Assembly (NCBI GenBank): GCA_904063045.1 | Contig: CAJFCJ010000002.1 | Span: 2,723,891-2,787,890, forward strand | DNA length: 64,000 nt | Reading direction: 5' to 3' | Source: Dimorphilus gyrociliatus | Taxonomy: Eukaryota; Animalia; Annelida | Shown: one piece after another, positions 1 to 12,603 of the stretch | Layout: every line of letters begins with the position of its first letter | How positions within the stretch are numbered: position 1 is the stretch's first letter | Made by a program: the position numbers and the translations under genes | Notes under the pieces: model-generated | Database searches by the model: none | Told to the model about the DNA's origin: nothing | The model's input: the letters and a program-made list of their open reading frames with translations, nothing else

Positions 1-740
1 TTTGACAATAAACACAACTAAAGGTGAATTGTTATCAACTATGGAATATTGGAGTGCTTACCACGTTTTTAGTATTTCCTTATTTTTTTTTATAAAAAAA
101 AAACAAATAATAAATTAAAAACGAGAAAATTCAATTATAAAGTTTATTTTTGTCAATAATTGTTGTGATCAGGTTGTAAAAATACGTAAGTCTGTGATAA
201 CAAATGTTTGTACTCCTATAGATTGTTCTTTACATTAACATTCTACATTTGTTTTTAGATGACTTACTCCCATTCGTTTATTAATAATAAGATACATATA
301 AAACATTCACTTTCACAATAAAACTTTAACTGATCCTATTATGTAAAGAAACTTTGACGGTTTGTATTTTATATTGTTGATATGCAGGGTGCAAATATAA
401 AAATGATGGCCTTTTCTTCTTCTTTGTAACAATGACAAACAAGAGAAATAATAATAATAATAATAATTAAGACAGTACCCAATGCAGAGTTTTGTTTTTG
501 ATTATGACTATAAGTTTTGTAAAGTGAAAACATAAAAATGGCACACATAAGAGAAATGATCCTATTTTTATTTTGGTGTTAATACTAATAATAACAAGAA
601 TAAAAAAAAAGGTACTTAAGAAAAAATTCTTTCCTTACTCAGATAAGAAGTTTGGCTATAATAAAAATAAAGAACCACATCTACAGGGTATGAGGATTAT
701 TTTTTTTCTACAAATACTTATACAGCATAAGTATAATTGA

Positions 741-2463
741 TTAACTGCAAATTTTTTCTGTTTCGCATATAGAGTATGCCCTATCTGAACAATCTGCTGA
801 TTCCCAAAAACTAGTATCTGGTTTTGTAACAATTTTCATACATAATCTTGAAAATGATCTTGTAGATCTGAAATTTGGTGGTTCGTTCGGTCCCCAATTC
901 TCATGAACTATTTCATTTGGATTTGTTGTATCCTCGTCGTACCAAACCCAAAAGTTCCTTGGAATATTGAACATAGCAGACGTCCAATATTTTTGAGTTT
1001 GCGATGGATCTGTAAAAGCGTGAAATAACAGTTTTGCGCCATCTGTTGGTTAGGTATATAATACAACTTTACCTAAATCCTTAATTTTGTTTGCGATGAA
1101 AGAATCCTCTTTTGCAGTATTTAGCGCAATCAAACGGGCACCTAAACTTGCACAATTAAGTATAGCCGAGCCAAACGTTTTTGCTTGTCTAACGATATGA
1201 TAACAAGATGGAACTGTCCTCGAACCTGGGAAAAAACCAGCGGGACACACTCCTTGACCGTTTTCCTCTAATAGTAATAGTTAATAAAGATTTAATTAAA
1301 AATGTGTTAAGAATAATACAGATAGCGTGCAACTTACGATTAGCAATACTTCTAACTTGAGAATAAATATCATTTACAACTTGTGCTAATTTGACGTACA
1401 ATGAGTTTATTCTTTCAAATTCTCTCTTCAAATCACCGTTAACCTCACACTTAAAGCCTTTTTGGCAAACGTCGTTGTCTAGATTATTACCAGGCGGGCC
1501 AGGAGGACCGGGAGGTCCTGCAATAACCCTTACAGTTGGTGGTTCGTCAGCTCCCAAATTAGGGCAGTTATTATTAGAGCAAAACATTATTCCTGCACTA
1601 AATGTGATAGGAAAGTTTAAGTTATCAAACAAGTATGATCTGTTTGTTTTGTATCCAGCAACTGGGGCAGCAGCATTTCCTCTCCAAACCAAATGTGGTC
1701 CGTTCTCTTTCATTATGTACTTAACTGGTATCTTTTGACTACCGGGTGTATAAAGGCCCAAATAATGATTGGGGGTTATTGTTGGTTGCAACTGGGAAGG
1801 TATATCATGCTGCAATAGATTGAATAAAGTATATTTAAGTTTTCTTTAGATTTAACAAGACAGTAGGCAAAAAGACCTCAATAAAAAAGACTGAATGTGT
1901 TAAATAGAAAGGGAAGAAGCAGAAAAGTGAAAGAAAAACATAAAGGGAGAAATAGATAAAGAAAGGACGAAAGAAATAATGAGAGAAAGAGGAAAGGAGA
2001 GAGAGAGAGAGAGAGAGAAGAAAGAAAGAAAAAAGTTAAAACATACAAATAGCATATGAGAAAGAATTATTATTCATTATTAAACAAGTAAATATAGGAA
2101 TTAAGTTTGAATTAAACGCTGTGAAACTAAAATGCTTACTGTCTCGGCATAACCACTAGTATGATTATTTTGAAACTTTCTTTGCCAATCGAGAATATAA
2201 TATTCCTCTGTAGACGATGTATTCTTCCTCCATAATTGTACGTAAACTGGGCTTTGAGAGCACAATTGGATCTTAATTGATGTAACTATTAATGATTGAA
2301 CAGGAGCAACTACTAGAGGATAGCTTGTATCTAGTAATGCTCTATTTTCGCTCGATCTTAGAGTAGCAGCGCAACATGATGAAGCAAGACTTTGCTGACC
2401 ATCAACAGTTGAATATAGTATGCATATAAAAGCAGATAAGAACAAAAAGGGTGTTATCTTCAT
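741..2463 (-). CDS. Secreted collectin-like C-type lectin (signal peptide, unknown N-terminal domain, short GPP collagen motif, coiled-coil neck, CTLD); 4 coding exons, 419 aa
   Basis: Exons complement(2140..2463, 1338..1809, 1073..1267, 741..1009) join in frame through canonical GT/AG (1260 nt). N-terminus MKITPFLFLSAFICILYSTVDG is a signal peptide. GPPGPPGPPG is followed by helical DLKREFERINSLYVKLAQVVNDIYSQVRSIAN and a CTLD (CPAGF..CY..TF..A..C...GARL..YW..ENWGPNEPPN..C..WESADC..YSICE). Confidence 0.85.
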
Positions 2464-3649
2464 GCTCTGCCGTCTGACCTAGCTAACTATTTCCTTTTAC
2501 CAATGCCAATTTTACGTTTATGGAAAATGCTCAATATTTTTATGCTGCCACCTGCATGAGGAATAATTTGTGAATTAATATTATAAAGTACATACAGAAT
2601 AACTATATATATATATATATATTTATATATTTATATATATATATATATACACAGTATATCAATAAAAAATTATGTTAACAATTCTATTTATAAAACTTCT
2701 AAAAAATTCTTAAATTTGCCAAAAAGACATTTAAAAAGAAAGAAAGAAATCTATTGTTAAGGTGTTTTATTTACTAATCTAGTTCTCTTTTAACCTTTAA
2801 CTTGTCCTGCTAAACGTCTCACTTTAATATTTCCTTAGAGTTTTAAAGGGAAATAAGAATTGATATTTTCGTAAATAAGAGTATAAATGCTCTTTGTAAC
2901 GTAATTGAAATTTCAGCGTAAACATTCTTAAAAAATACCTACGTCACTAGCTGGTACTGAATATTTGAAGGTTGAACGTTCGATTTATTATATATATATA
3001 TTAATATATACACTTTCTTCAACTTGAACAGACTTTTTCCAAAGAGAAATTGAATAAGATTTCGTGTTATAGATATTATGACTAAATAGTCAGCCCTTAT
3101 CTATTATAACATTGAATATGAAGACAAAGTGAGAAAGGCTGAGTTTTCAAAGAAAAAAAAAAGCAAGAATAGCATATTGGTTTTTCATCGAAAGAGATTG
3201 AACGCGCCCTTTACTAATACACATTCCTATCGAAACTTGGCGAAACTTGTGTCAACCACCAACGCATAAGTCGATAGGATTGAAGAGCTAATATTATATA
3301 AATATTCAAAGATTGCGCAATATATATCCAGGCCTGATTCTCTTTCCCCCTTGCCTCTCTCTCTCTTCTCTCTCTCTCTCTTTGCCTCTCTCATTTCTTA
3401 AGCTTTCGTTCAAATTCGTAAAGAGGGACAATAAGGTAAAATATATATTTTTTAATGAATATATGCCCAATTTATTTTCTTTTACTTTTTAACTTAGATA
3501 CCCTTGGGTATATTTCTCTAATTAATCGTTTACCCAAAGCATAAATCGACGCCGCCAGCTAATGAACTTGTGAATTATTTGTTCAGCACAAAAAAATTTC
3601 TTTTAACTTATACGTAAATAGGAACGAGGCTAAACTAGTAAGGCCTAAG

Positions 3650-3655
<6 letters not shown>

Positions 3656-3690
<35 letters not shown>
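3656..3690. repeat. (GA)n microsatellite
   Basis: Direct inspection. Confidence 0.95.
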
Positions 3691-3697
<7 letters not shown>

Positions 3698-6236
3698 AGG
3701 GAGGGGGGGACAGTGACAGAAATGCTAGGCGATTACTGACTTTGCATTTTTTTACTCTTTCATTGGAAATTATTTCATATCATTCATATTTTCCACTTTA
3801 TTGTCAATATTAACACTCAATATGCGCACACAAACGATTCGAAATACAATACAACAAGGAATAATATTTACTTAACTTAATAAAAAGCGTTCACAAACGA
3901 TATGTAATTTTTATATAAATCAAATAATAAAAATTATAAGATTTCTCTTTTTTCCTAAGAATCTAGATAAACTTATGGCTTACTAAGAAAAATATGATAG
4001 AATATAGCTTGCAATAGGGGAAAATATATATAATTTAAAATAAAGAGCAAATTCAACAATAAACTCAAAGCCGCCCCCCTCTCCACTTGCTTTAGAAAAG
4101 AAATATCCTCTTTTTTACAATCTAATCCATCCTCAACAAGCAATAAGTGATAATAATAAAATGAAAATTTAACTTACCTATGCGGGAGTTGGTTGTAGAA
4201 TGATGACTATTTATTAAAGCTGGCTATAGAAAACTAGTAGAAAAAAATTCAACGTATTCAAAAGCATTCTATTTATTGCGTGATTTATTATAATACATAC
4301 AATATATCAAACTAAGAGTGAATTTTTGATAGGAAATTTAAATAATATATAATTATGCATAAATATATATATATATACTAATATATTTAACAAAAACTAA
4401 AATTATATTAAAAGCCTAAATTGTTTGTATAAAACTTATAAAGCTTATTCGCATAGATCATTAAATAATCCTATTAAATTTATATTTTTCAATCTATTTA
4501 CTAGTTAGACCTATTTTTTGTATAAAACTTTATATATTAGCTATGCATAAATATAATCAATTAACGGCTATTCTTTGTTGTTAGGGGCTTTCTTTTTTTA
4601 CTTTGTTATATCAAGGCTAGACGATTACTAGCTCTTTTGTTAGTAGCTTCAATTAAAAAAATAAAGACTTGGGCAATAAATGGTACATATGATTATTGCC
4701 TATGATTATTGCCTATCACGATTTTGCTATTAATTATCAATTAGATAGAATATTGATTATTTACCTTTAAAGGTATAGTTGAAAAAACAAAAAGAAAAAG
4801 GATGGCTAAATTACTTAGGCAAAGATTTTGGCCTAATATTGCAATTCTATTTCTACTAGTTGAAAAAATTTCTGTTTCTCTTCTCTTTTTTTTATTAAAT
4901 GGAAGAAATTGTCTTATTAACTAACCGGTTTTTTCTTCTGTTCAATTTTTAGACATTTTTATTGAAATTCTATTATTCTCCTATCATCTACCCTAAATCG
5001 TGTATATTGGTATATATATATATATATATATAATATACACATTATTGAATGGCCAGATTGTAAGTTCAAATAAATAACGTAACGAAAATATAATAAAGCC
5101 TTATTGAACAGGGAAAAGATCGAACTTTTGTCAAAATAGGCATAATAATCAATAATTTCTGCTTTTAATATATCTTACCAATTTCTTACTTTTTTTTCAA
5201 GAAAGGCCATATAAAGATATTTTTCATATAAGTCATAAGAAATATGGAATGTTATCTTGAAGATAAATCTAAAATTGAAAGAGGGCAGCACCTGATCATT
5301 TAGGATTGTTTCGTAATTGCTTTTTTTCTTGTTTTCCTCTATTTACAAAAATATCTGGCAATTAGATTATTAATATTACGTTATTAAATAATTTTACTAT
5401 TGTTCAGCTAATTCATAAGCCTTTGTTTATCATTTTTATACTTTTCCTCCTTTTTTTTACGTTTCCTATCCTTCTTTTCAATTTTTTTCCCTCTCCCACT
5501 CTTCCTTCTACACATTTTCCCTAGTATATTGGTTTTTTTTATATCAAAGCTTCCATTTTTGCTTTTTGTTTGGTGAACATGCTTCTATTTAGGTATAAAA
5601 GTTATAGACAAATGAGAAGGTAGAATTCTGAAACTGAGATAGAGAAAGGGAAAGAAAAGTGTAGATAGGTAGACAGACAGACAAAGTGGGAGAGAAAGAG
5701 ACAGGAAGAGAGACAAAGAGATTTAATTATTAAGAATATTGAAGAAATTAGAAAAAGGACGATTATAGGTAAATTAAAGCAAAGCTATTATTTTATACTA
5801 GCATATATATAAAGAGTATCGTTTAGAGTTTAGCTGCATGCTAATCTGTATCAAAACTCAACGACAAAGGATTTATGGCATATTCCAAATGAAATTGTTA
5901 AAAGAGTATTACTAAAACTGTTTATACAAAAAAAGAAAGAGAAAAAAGAATTTACCGCCTTCTTTTAATTATCTTAACCGTAAATTGAAAAGTTATACGA
6001 TACTTTCAATGAAACCTTTTCGTTGTTGTTTTCCATGTATATATAGAGTTTCGGTCAGAGTATAAGAGGCAAAATTTTGTCTGACTAAAGTAAAATTCTT
6101 AACTTTGATTTGCTAACTCTTCACCTAACTTTGGAGAAGGGTTTTCAGAAGGAAAAGTGACAAGTTTACAAGTGAAACGAGAAGAAGCAGAAGAGAACCT
6201 TTTAATTTGTAAGGAGATAAAGGAGATATAGAAAGA

Positions 6237-6521
6237 ATGAAGAATTGCAAGATTTTCTTATTAACTTTTCTTCTCGTCATATCGCAAATGTCGATAGCTC
6301 ATGATATATTTGAACCGTGGACCCCGAAATCTACAAAACAAATGTGTAAGTGGGCAAAGTTAATTGAGAAAAATTTCTGTTCCTCTTCTACTGTGGTGTA
6401 CAAGAAGAGTTTCCCATATTCTTGGTCTGCAGGAGGTATTCAAAAGTTGCCGGACGATCTTCAATCAACCCACGAGTCTAAAGTAACTAAGGCGAAGATG
6501 ATACCAATTTACGGGAAATAA
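6237..6521 (+). CDS. Small secreted protein, putative amidated neuropeptide precursor (NKY-like)
   Basis: 94-aa ORF with signal peptide MKNCKIFLLTFLLVISQMSIA, internal KK site and C-terminal IPIY-G-K-stop (amidation signal). Shares KSF, GIx[KR][LI]P and IPxYG motifs with the 9865-10290 gene. A GTAAGT at 6346 means an intron cannot be excluded. Confidence 0.55.
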   Translation: MKNCKIFLLTFLLVISQMSIAHDIFEPWTPKSTKQMCKWAKLIEKNFCSSSTVVYKKSFPYSWSAGGIQKLPDDLQSTHESKVTKAKMIPIYGK

Positions 6522-7005
6522 TAAAGAAAAAAGACGAATAACAATTTACTTCTTCGTGTTGTTCCTTTCTCTATTCTGCGTTTCAAATAGGAACCTTAAT
6601 TTTTATATATAGAAGAATGAAAACAGTTTAAAATTCTCATTTTACAAATACCTAATGGCAAACCACCATTAAAAGCCTTAGAAAATACAAAAGAAGAAGA
6701 TATTTAACATCAAATGTTCTAAAATAAGAAAGCGACAATAAAAATGATAAAAAAATGATAAACTATTTAAAATAAAAAAAAAAATGACGTCATGAGAGAA
6801 AGTAACCGCTGTTAAGCATTTTCTCTTCTATTTTAAAGAATATTTCTTTATTGATTTATTAATATCTCTAATATATAGAAGTTGCTTGTTTTTTTCCTGT
6901 TTAAGATTCATGTTTAGCGAAATTTTAAATATATTTCTTCTTTTATCTTCTTTCTTTTTTCTATCCATTTATTCATTCTTCATATGTATATTTATATCGT
7001 TTTCC

Positions 7006-7571
7006 TTATAATTCATGAATTGGACAGGAACCTTTACTGGCAACTGTCCTTCCGAAGCATGCCGCTTCGCAATCGTTAGAATAAGTTTTACCGTCGTCTC
7101 CGCAAACAGGTTCTAAGATTGTTGGACATACACAAGTTGGACATTCTCCAGATCGAAGTACACTAATACCTCTTTATAAGGAAAAAAAAATTAGAAAGAA
7201 AGATACAGAAAGTGTGAATGTATGTATGAAAGACAGACAAAGGAGAGAAAGAGATATTGATATAAAAGATGATAAAAAGAGAGAAAAATACGAAAATCTT
7301 TAATAAAAATATTATGTTTCGCTTACTCGCATTCAGCAAGACAATCGTTTCCATAAGTTTTACCATTGGATCCACAGACAGGACTGTAATCCCTTGGACA
7401 GTTGCAACTTTGAGCAAAAACTAAAAAAAAAAACAAAAGAACACATAGAATAGTGAATTTATTAATATATCCAAAATAAATTAAATCATATAAATAAGAA
7501 TATATAGCTAATTATTAATTATCAAATATACCAGCTAACGATGAAAGGAACAAGGCTGTTACGAACAACAT
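7006..7571 (-). CDS. Secreted two-domain short Kazal-type serine protease inhibitor (LDTI/bdellin-like), 99 aa
   Basis: Not in the ORF track. Exons complement(7532..7571, 7327..7420, 7006..7171) splice in frame (300 nt) to [99 protein letters not shown]. Two complete 6-Cys Kazal domains. Confidence 0.92.
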
Positions 7572-8519
7572 GTTGATATAACAAATAAGAATTTGATAAG
7601 TATTCTATGTGAAAGAACAGATGAATTTTCCATTTAAAAAAAATACAAATACCTAGAAAAGTAATTAGGTGGGCGTCGTGAAAGTAGCGTTTATTTTAGC
7701 ATTTCTTAATTATTCGGCCAATTAATCAGGCCCAATGAGATATCAGGTTTATTTTCTGATTTTGAAGTTGTAAGCATTTTCCTAAGCATTTATTTTGTTT
7801 TACTTTTAATTTTTTTCTCAGTTGTTTCTATTACGCCATCTATTGCTTAATGTATAAATCTATTCTTGAAAGGCTATATCGTCCTCCAGCCGATCATTCA
7901 GTGTTATATTTTAATTGTGCAAATGAAGCTAATACAAAAGCGTAAATTATCGATTTGTCTTTATTTCGAGATATTTTAACAAGTCATTGTAGTGTTAGAC
8001 TTGAAATTTTATACAATTGTCCATCTCTTTCTTTTTCCCTACTCCTCTATTTTCCTTCTTCTAAATACTTTTTCATGTACAACATATACAAAGCACACAC
8101 ATCTTTATATTTTTTTATTGTAGATTAAATAATAGGCTTAGTATTAAATAGTATTAGAAAAAGGAGTAGGAGAACTGTATATATAGATTCAATAGAATAC
8201 AGAAAGTGAGTGGGAGGAAGATTAATGGATGAGAAAGTTTGACAAAAAAAATAACAACAATTAATACCTCAAATCTGATTATTGCCATCCATTAACATAG
8301 ATATGGTACTATTACTTTACAAATTAATAAGTAATAAGCTTACAGAAATCTTTAAATATTTATGAAAAATAGTATTTTTTCTCCTATGAAGAAGATAAAT
8401 ATGAAATAGCATAAAGGGAAATTATGTATAGTAATTTCTTAGTTAATAAAAGTTCAAAATGTAAAACAAACAAGCTATTTTGATTTTTAAAGAAGATATA
8501 TTCTAAAATCTTTCTATCT

Positions 8520-9690
8520 ATGGAATATATAAATCTCTACGTGGTGGGTTTCCTAAAGATTTTATTGATATCGTTTACCGGAAGTACTTTCAAGGATAAC
8601 TCTTTTCCATAATTTGGAAGAGAAGTAAGACACTACTCTAATTGGTACGGTAATTAAATTCGCGAGTTAGGACTTGATTTTTCGAGGACTCTTCTTTAAC
8701 CATTTGTAAATAGTCTCTGGAACATCAGTTTCTTCCTCTAACAAAGATTGCATGCCCAAATGATATAATGCTATTAAACCATTTGAAGGAAAAAAATTTA
8801 GACCTGTGAAGTATCGAGCTTTTAAATTTTAATAGCTCTATGAGCTGAGTTTTATCGGAATTAGGAAACTGTTCTAGTCTTATGTCTAATTTGACTGGTA
8901 AATATCTTCTTTTCTTCGTTAAAAGTTATTTAATAGCAACAGCATTTCGAGCTTCACTTTTTGGATTACATTTTATCCAGTGAAAAAAAAATGTTCCACT
9001 AAAACATTTAAAGATCAGCCGCTTTCGAATGTTTCTAATTTGAATATATGCAAATTAATTATATCCTGTTATTGTTTATGTCAAAATGTGAAAAGGCTTT
9101 CATTATTAGAATATTTATGTAAAAGAAATTGGGCTTCTAGAACCATTTCATCTCTTTTTTACCTATCTAATCAGTCTATCAAAAAGTTTCTAACATTATT
9201 TTGTGTTTTGTATCCTCTAATATTATATATATATGTTTCATCAGTCATATTTATGAATGATTCCTCAATTGTTTTCACCCCAATTTATTTGCCTGGATTC
9301 GGTGGATGATTGGGCCCTTTGATGAGCTAAAGCGATTTGCTCCATTTATCACTATTGTTTTGGCAAACCTCCACATCCTTCTTGACTTTCTTCGTATTTT
9401 GGGTACTAAGTGCTTTTCTATCTTTTGTTTTTGATGTAGTAATAGCCATTTATAACAAGTTTGTGTTTCAAAAAATAGAAACCGCATCTTTCCGATATAC
9501 GCTATATATATATATATATGCTGTTTGTGAAATTTCTGTCAAAGGTATCACCTGATCTATTTCCTTCCTTGTCAAAAAAAAAATGAAGAAAACAACATAA
9601 TTCCATGTTTTTTTTACTGTAAGTATATTTTGTTGGAGAAAGATGAAGACAGGGCCTTACGGAAAGAGAGATAAAGAAGTTGGAGAAAAT
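8520..9690. pseudogene. Possible decayed coding region, unidentified
   Basis: Less AT-skewed than its flanks. Overlapping 65-110 aa ORFs on both strands are broken by stops, homopolymers and a TA microsatellite. Plus-strand pieces are hydrophobic. No family recognised. Confidence 0.2.
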
Positions 9691-9864
9691 AGTAAACAAC
9701 TACATTTTGTTCATCTTTTAAAACTAAATTCAACAATGTCATTATTCTTGTCTACTTTAAAAGAGATCTATTCGGTTACAAATTAATGCGGCTTATATCC
9801 CCTATCCTACAAAACGAGCCCTTCTACGCCATCGCCCACAGCCGCCCTCATATCAGAAGGAGAC

Positions 9865-10290
9865 ATGGCTAGCGTTCGGAGAACTATCTTCTTTTCTCTT
9901 TTCATAGTTCTTTTCCTTATATCTGGAATTCACAACGCTTCTTTTGATTTGGATGAAAAATTAACCAATAACGGTACGATTTATAAACAATACGTTGATA
10001 CTTTTATAAATATTTATATGTTAATATGTGTATAAAGAGTAATTTTAACCAGAAACTATATAAAATATTAATTAAATTCTTCATTAGATAGTAGATATTT
10101 TACTTTTGCTTGATTGCCTTCATTTAATTTATTTGTTATTCAATCGTAAAAAAAAGTCAAAAAGCGATTCGAGTTCCTTAAAAGCTTTTGGAATCCAACG
10201 CATGGAATTATAAGAATTCCTAATGGTATGAATGATGGAAGAAATGGGTTTCTAAAGTGGAAATATCATTATATACCAAGATATGGCTAA
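9865..10290 (+). CDS. Putative neuropeptide precursor (NKY-like, C-terminal RYamide), 2 exons, 80 aa
   Basis: Not in the ORF track. Exon 9865..9973 (donor G|GTACG) and exon 10157..10290 (acceptor AAG|) give MASVRRTIFFSLFIVLFLISGIHNASFDLDEKLTNNV-KKR-FEFLKSFWNPTHGIIRIPNGMNDGRNGFLKWKYHYIPRY-G-stop: signal peptide, acidic spacer, basic cleavage site, 39-mer, amidation Gly. The acceptor is purine-rich, so the junction is less certain. Confidence 0.7.
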
Positions 10291-12603
10291 CGATGAACAT
10301 GGAAAAACAAAGAAGAAGAAAAGTTTGCTATTATCTTCCGAATTCTTCATTTCTCTTCTTATTCTTCTACTTATTATGAACAATTCATTTTCTAGATTAA
10401 AGAATTTATTATTAAGATATTGATAATATTATTTAATTATAAAATTAAAAGAAAGCATTAACAAAATACCATAATACATAACATTCATACAATCTTGAAG
10501 ACAAGAAAGTTTCATTTATCACTTAAATAGCACGGAAAGATAAATAAATTACCCTTTATATAAAAATAATTAATGATAATTTTTTACGGTTGAAATAGCT
10601 AAGTTTACTTTGATTAAATCTTAATTCTAGACAATTTATAGCGGATTAAAAAAAAAGGTCATACTTTATATACAGTATTATTTCTTTGTTGTTGTATTTA
10701 TATACGTTAAACATCTATAGCATTATATATATATATATATACTTTATATATACACTATACAAGTATGTAAAAAAGATGTTTGTATATAGAATACTCATCA
10801 AACGGTAAAGGACTCTAAAAGAAATTAGTTAGAAACGGATAAGGAATTTTTGCCAATTTTTCTTTGTATTTTTTTCTAAGGTATATTGAAGATATTTTAA
10901 TATCCTTATTCTTCTTTGGCTTCTTCTTCTTTCTCTTTGACAGAATTCAGTTCTTAAAGGACAATGCTCAGAGAGAGAGAGAGAGTAATCTTGAAGGAAA
11001 CATTATAAAGGGATGAAAATATTAAAAAATATAATAGTTTAATGAATCTTTTCCAATTATCTCTTTAACATGTTCATCCTAATATCTATCCTATTCATAT
11101 ATGTATACAATACATAGTATAACTAAGTTTCGGTACTTTATCGGTATTGTAGGCTTAATTTTTCGTAAAATTAGTCATCTCCTAACGTAAAATATATTAG
11201 AAAGTTAGCTAAGAAATCATCACTTTCAGTTCACTTCTTTTTCCTTTCCTCTCGTCTATGTACTAAGAAATCTTTTGAATAGGGAATAAATCTTTGATGT
11301 CTAAAATGTCTACTCCTCTAACAACAAAGGCACAAAAGAAAATAGAATATTAGCAACAGGCTACTGATTAGAATAAATCTATTTATATTCATAATAAGTC
11401 AAATAATTCGTTTTGAATGTGTAATAAAAACTATAAAATATACTAATTAAATTTAATGGAAAAGAGCTCAATTTCCTTTAATAAACTTTGTATTTCATTC
11501 GTAATTACTAATATCTGTAGAAAGTCAATGAAAATGGCGGTGATTTTTAAATAATCCAATAGATAGCTTATTAAATATTTTACTAACTATATTGAAAACA
11601 ATATACATTCACAGAATATATATATATATATATAGGTCATAGAGTACTTTAACAAACGCCCTCTACCGTTTATTCAAAGTGTTTTAATGTTTAATAAACT
11701 AAGTCATTCAATTAGCGCATATAATGGACGGGTGCAATATTTTCATGAAATATTTAATAACAAGGAATGAAAACATTAGCCTTGAATAACTAATATTTAA
11801 ATGAAATAGTAATATATTTCGCTTTTTGTACTACTATGAAACAGAGAGATGAATAGAAAAAAAGAATAGGTTAATAGCTTTAAAAACATCAGAAAATGTA
11901 ACATAACACATAAAGAGATCGAACATATAACAAATATCAATTCGAAGTATTAATTTTGAATGAGATTTTAGTTAGAGAATAAAAGAGAGAGGAGAAAAGC
12001 AGCAATAGAGATGGGACTTTGAAAACCAAGTTTTTTTTTTATTAATATTTCTTTTCATATTAATTTATTACTCATATTTTGTTGTAGTTTGATGTTTCGA
12101 ATAGCGTTGAAACAACTTTATCTAAGTTTATTTGAAAGAATGAAACTATCTTTCAAGTATTGTTTGTTCATACCGAGAAGAATATAGGCTTGAATTTTAA
12201 TTATCTTCATTGAACATCTGTATTTACGAAACATTCACTTAAATGGTTGTGAATTCTGCTACAATTTTTTAAAAGTTTATATACATTTATTAGTATAGAT
12301 TGATTGATTTTAGTTATATTAGGCTTCCAGTTTAGTCCAAGTCGTAAAAATTTTTTAAATTAGGGATAATACTGCAACAGAGTATCAAAATACAGAGTAC
12401 TAATTTTCACAAAGTACTTTGCTCCGTCTAATGAAGGAAAACCAATATTATAACTTTTATACCTAATAACAAATATCTATTTAAGTTACATTTGCATAAA
12501 AACTACTGCATTATATATATTTACAAATATATATATGCATATGTATATATATATATATGTAAGTGAAAGTTGAATGAGTAAAGCTTAGTAATCTTCTCAC
12601 TTC

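Noticed and set aside
1391-1738. Plus-strand 115-aa ORF with PGGPGGPGGP, and similar antisense ORFs over the channel exons (e.g. 14015-14221, 14613-14822, 15839-16084, 17696-17959, 27252-27488)
   Set aside because: Shadows of real exons on the opposite strand; no independent motifs or splice logic.
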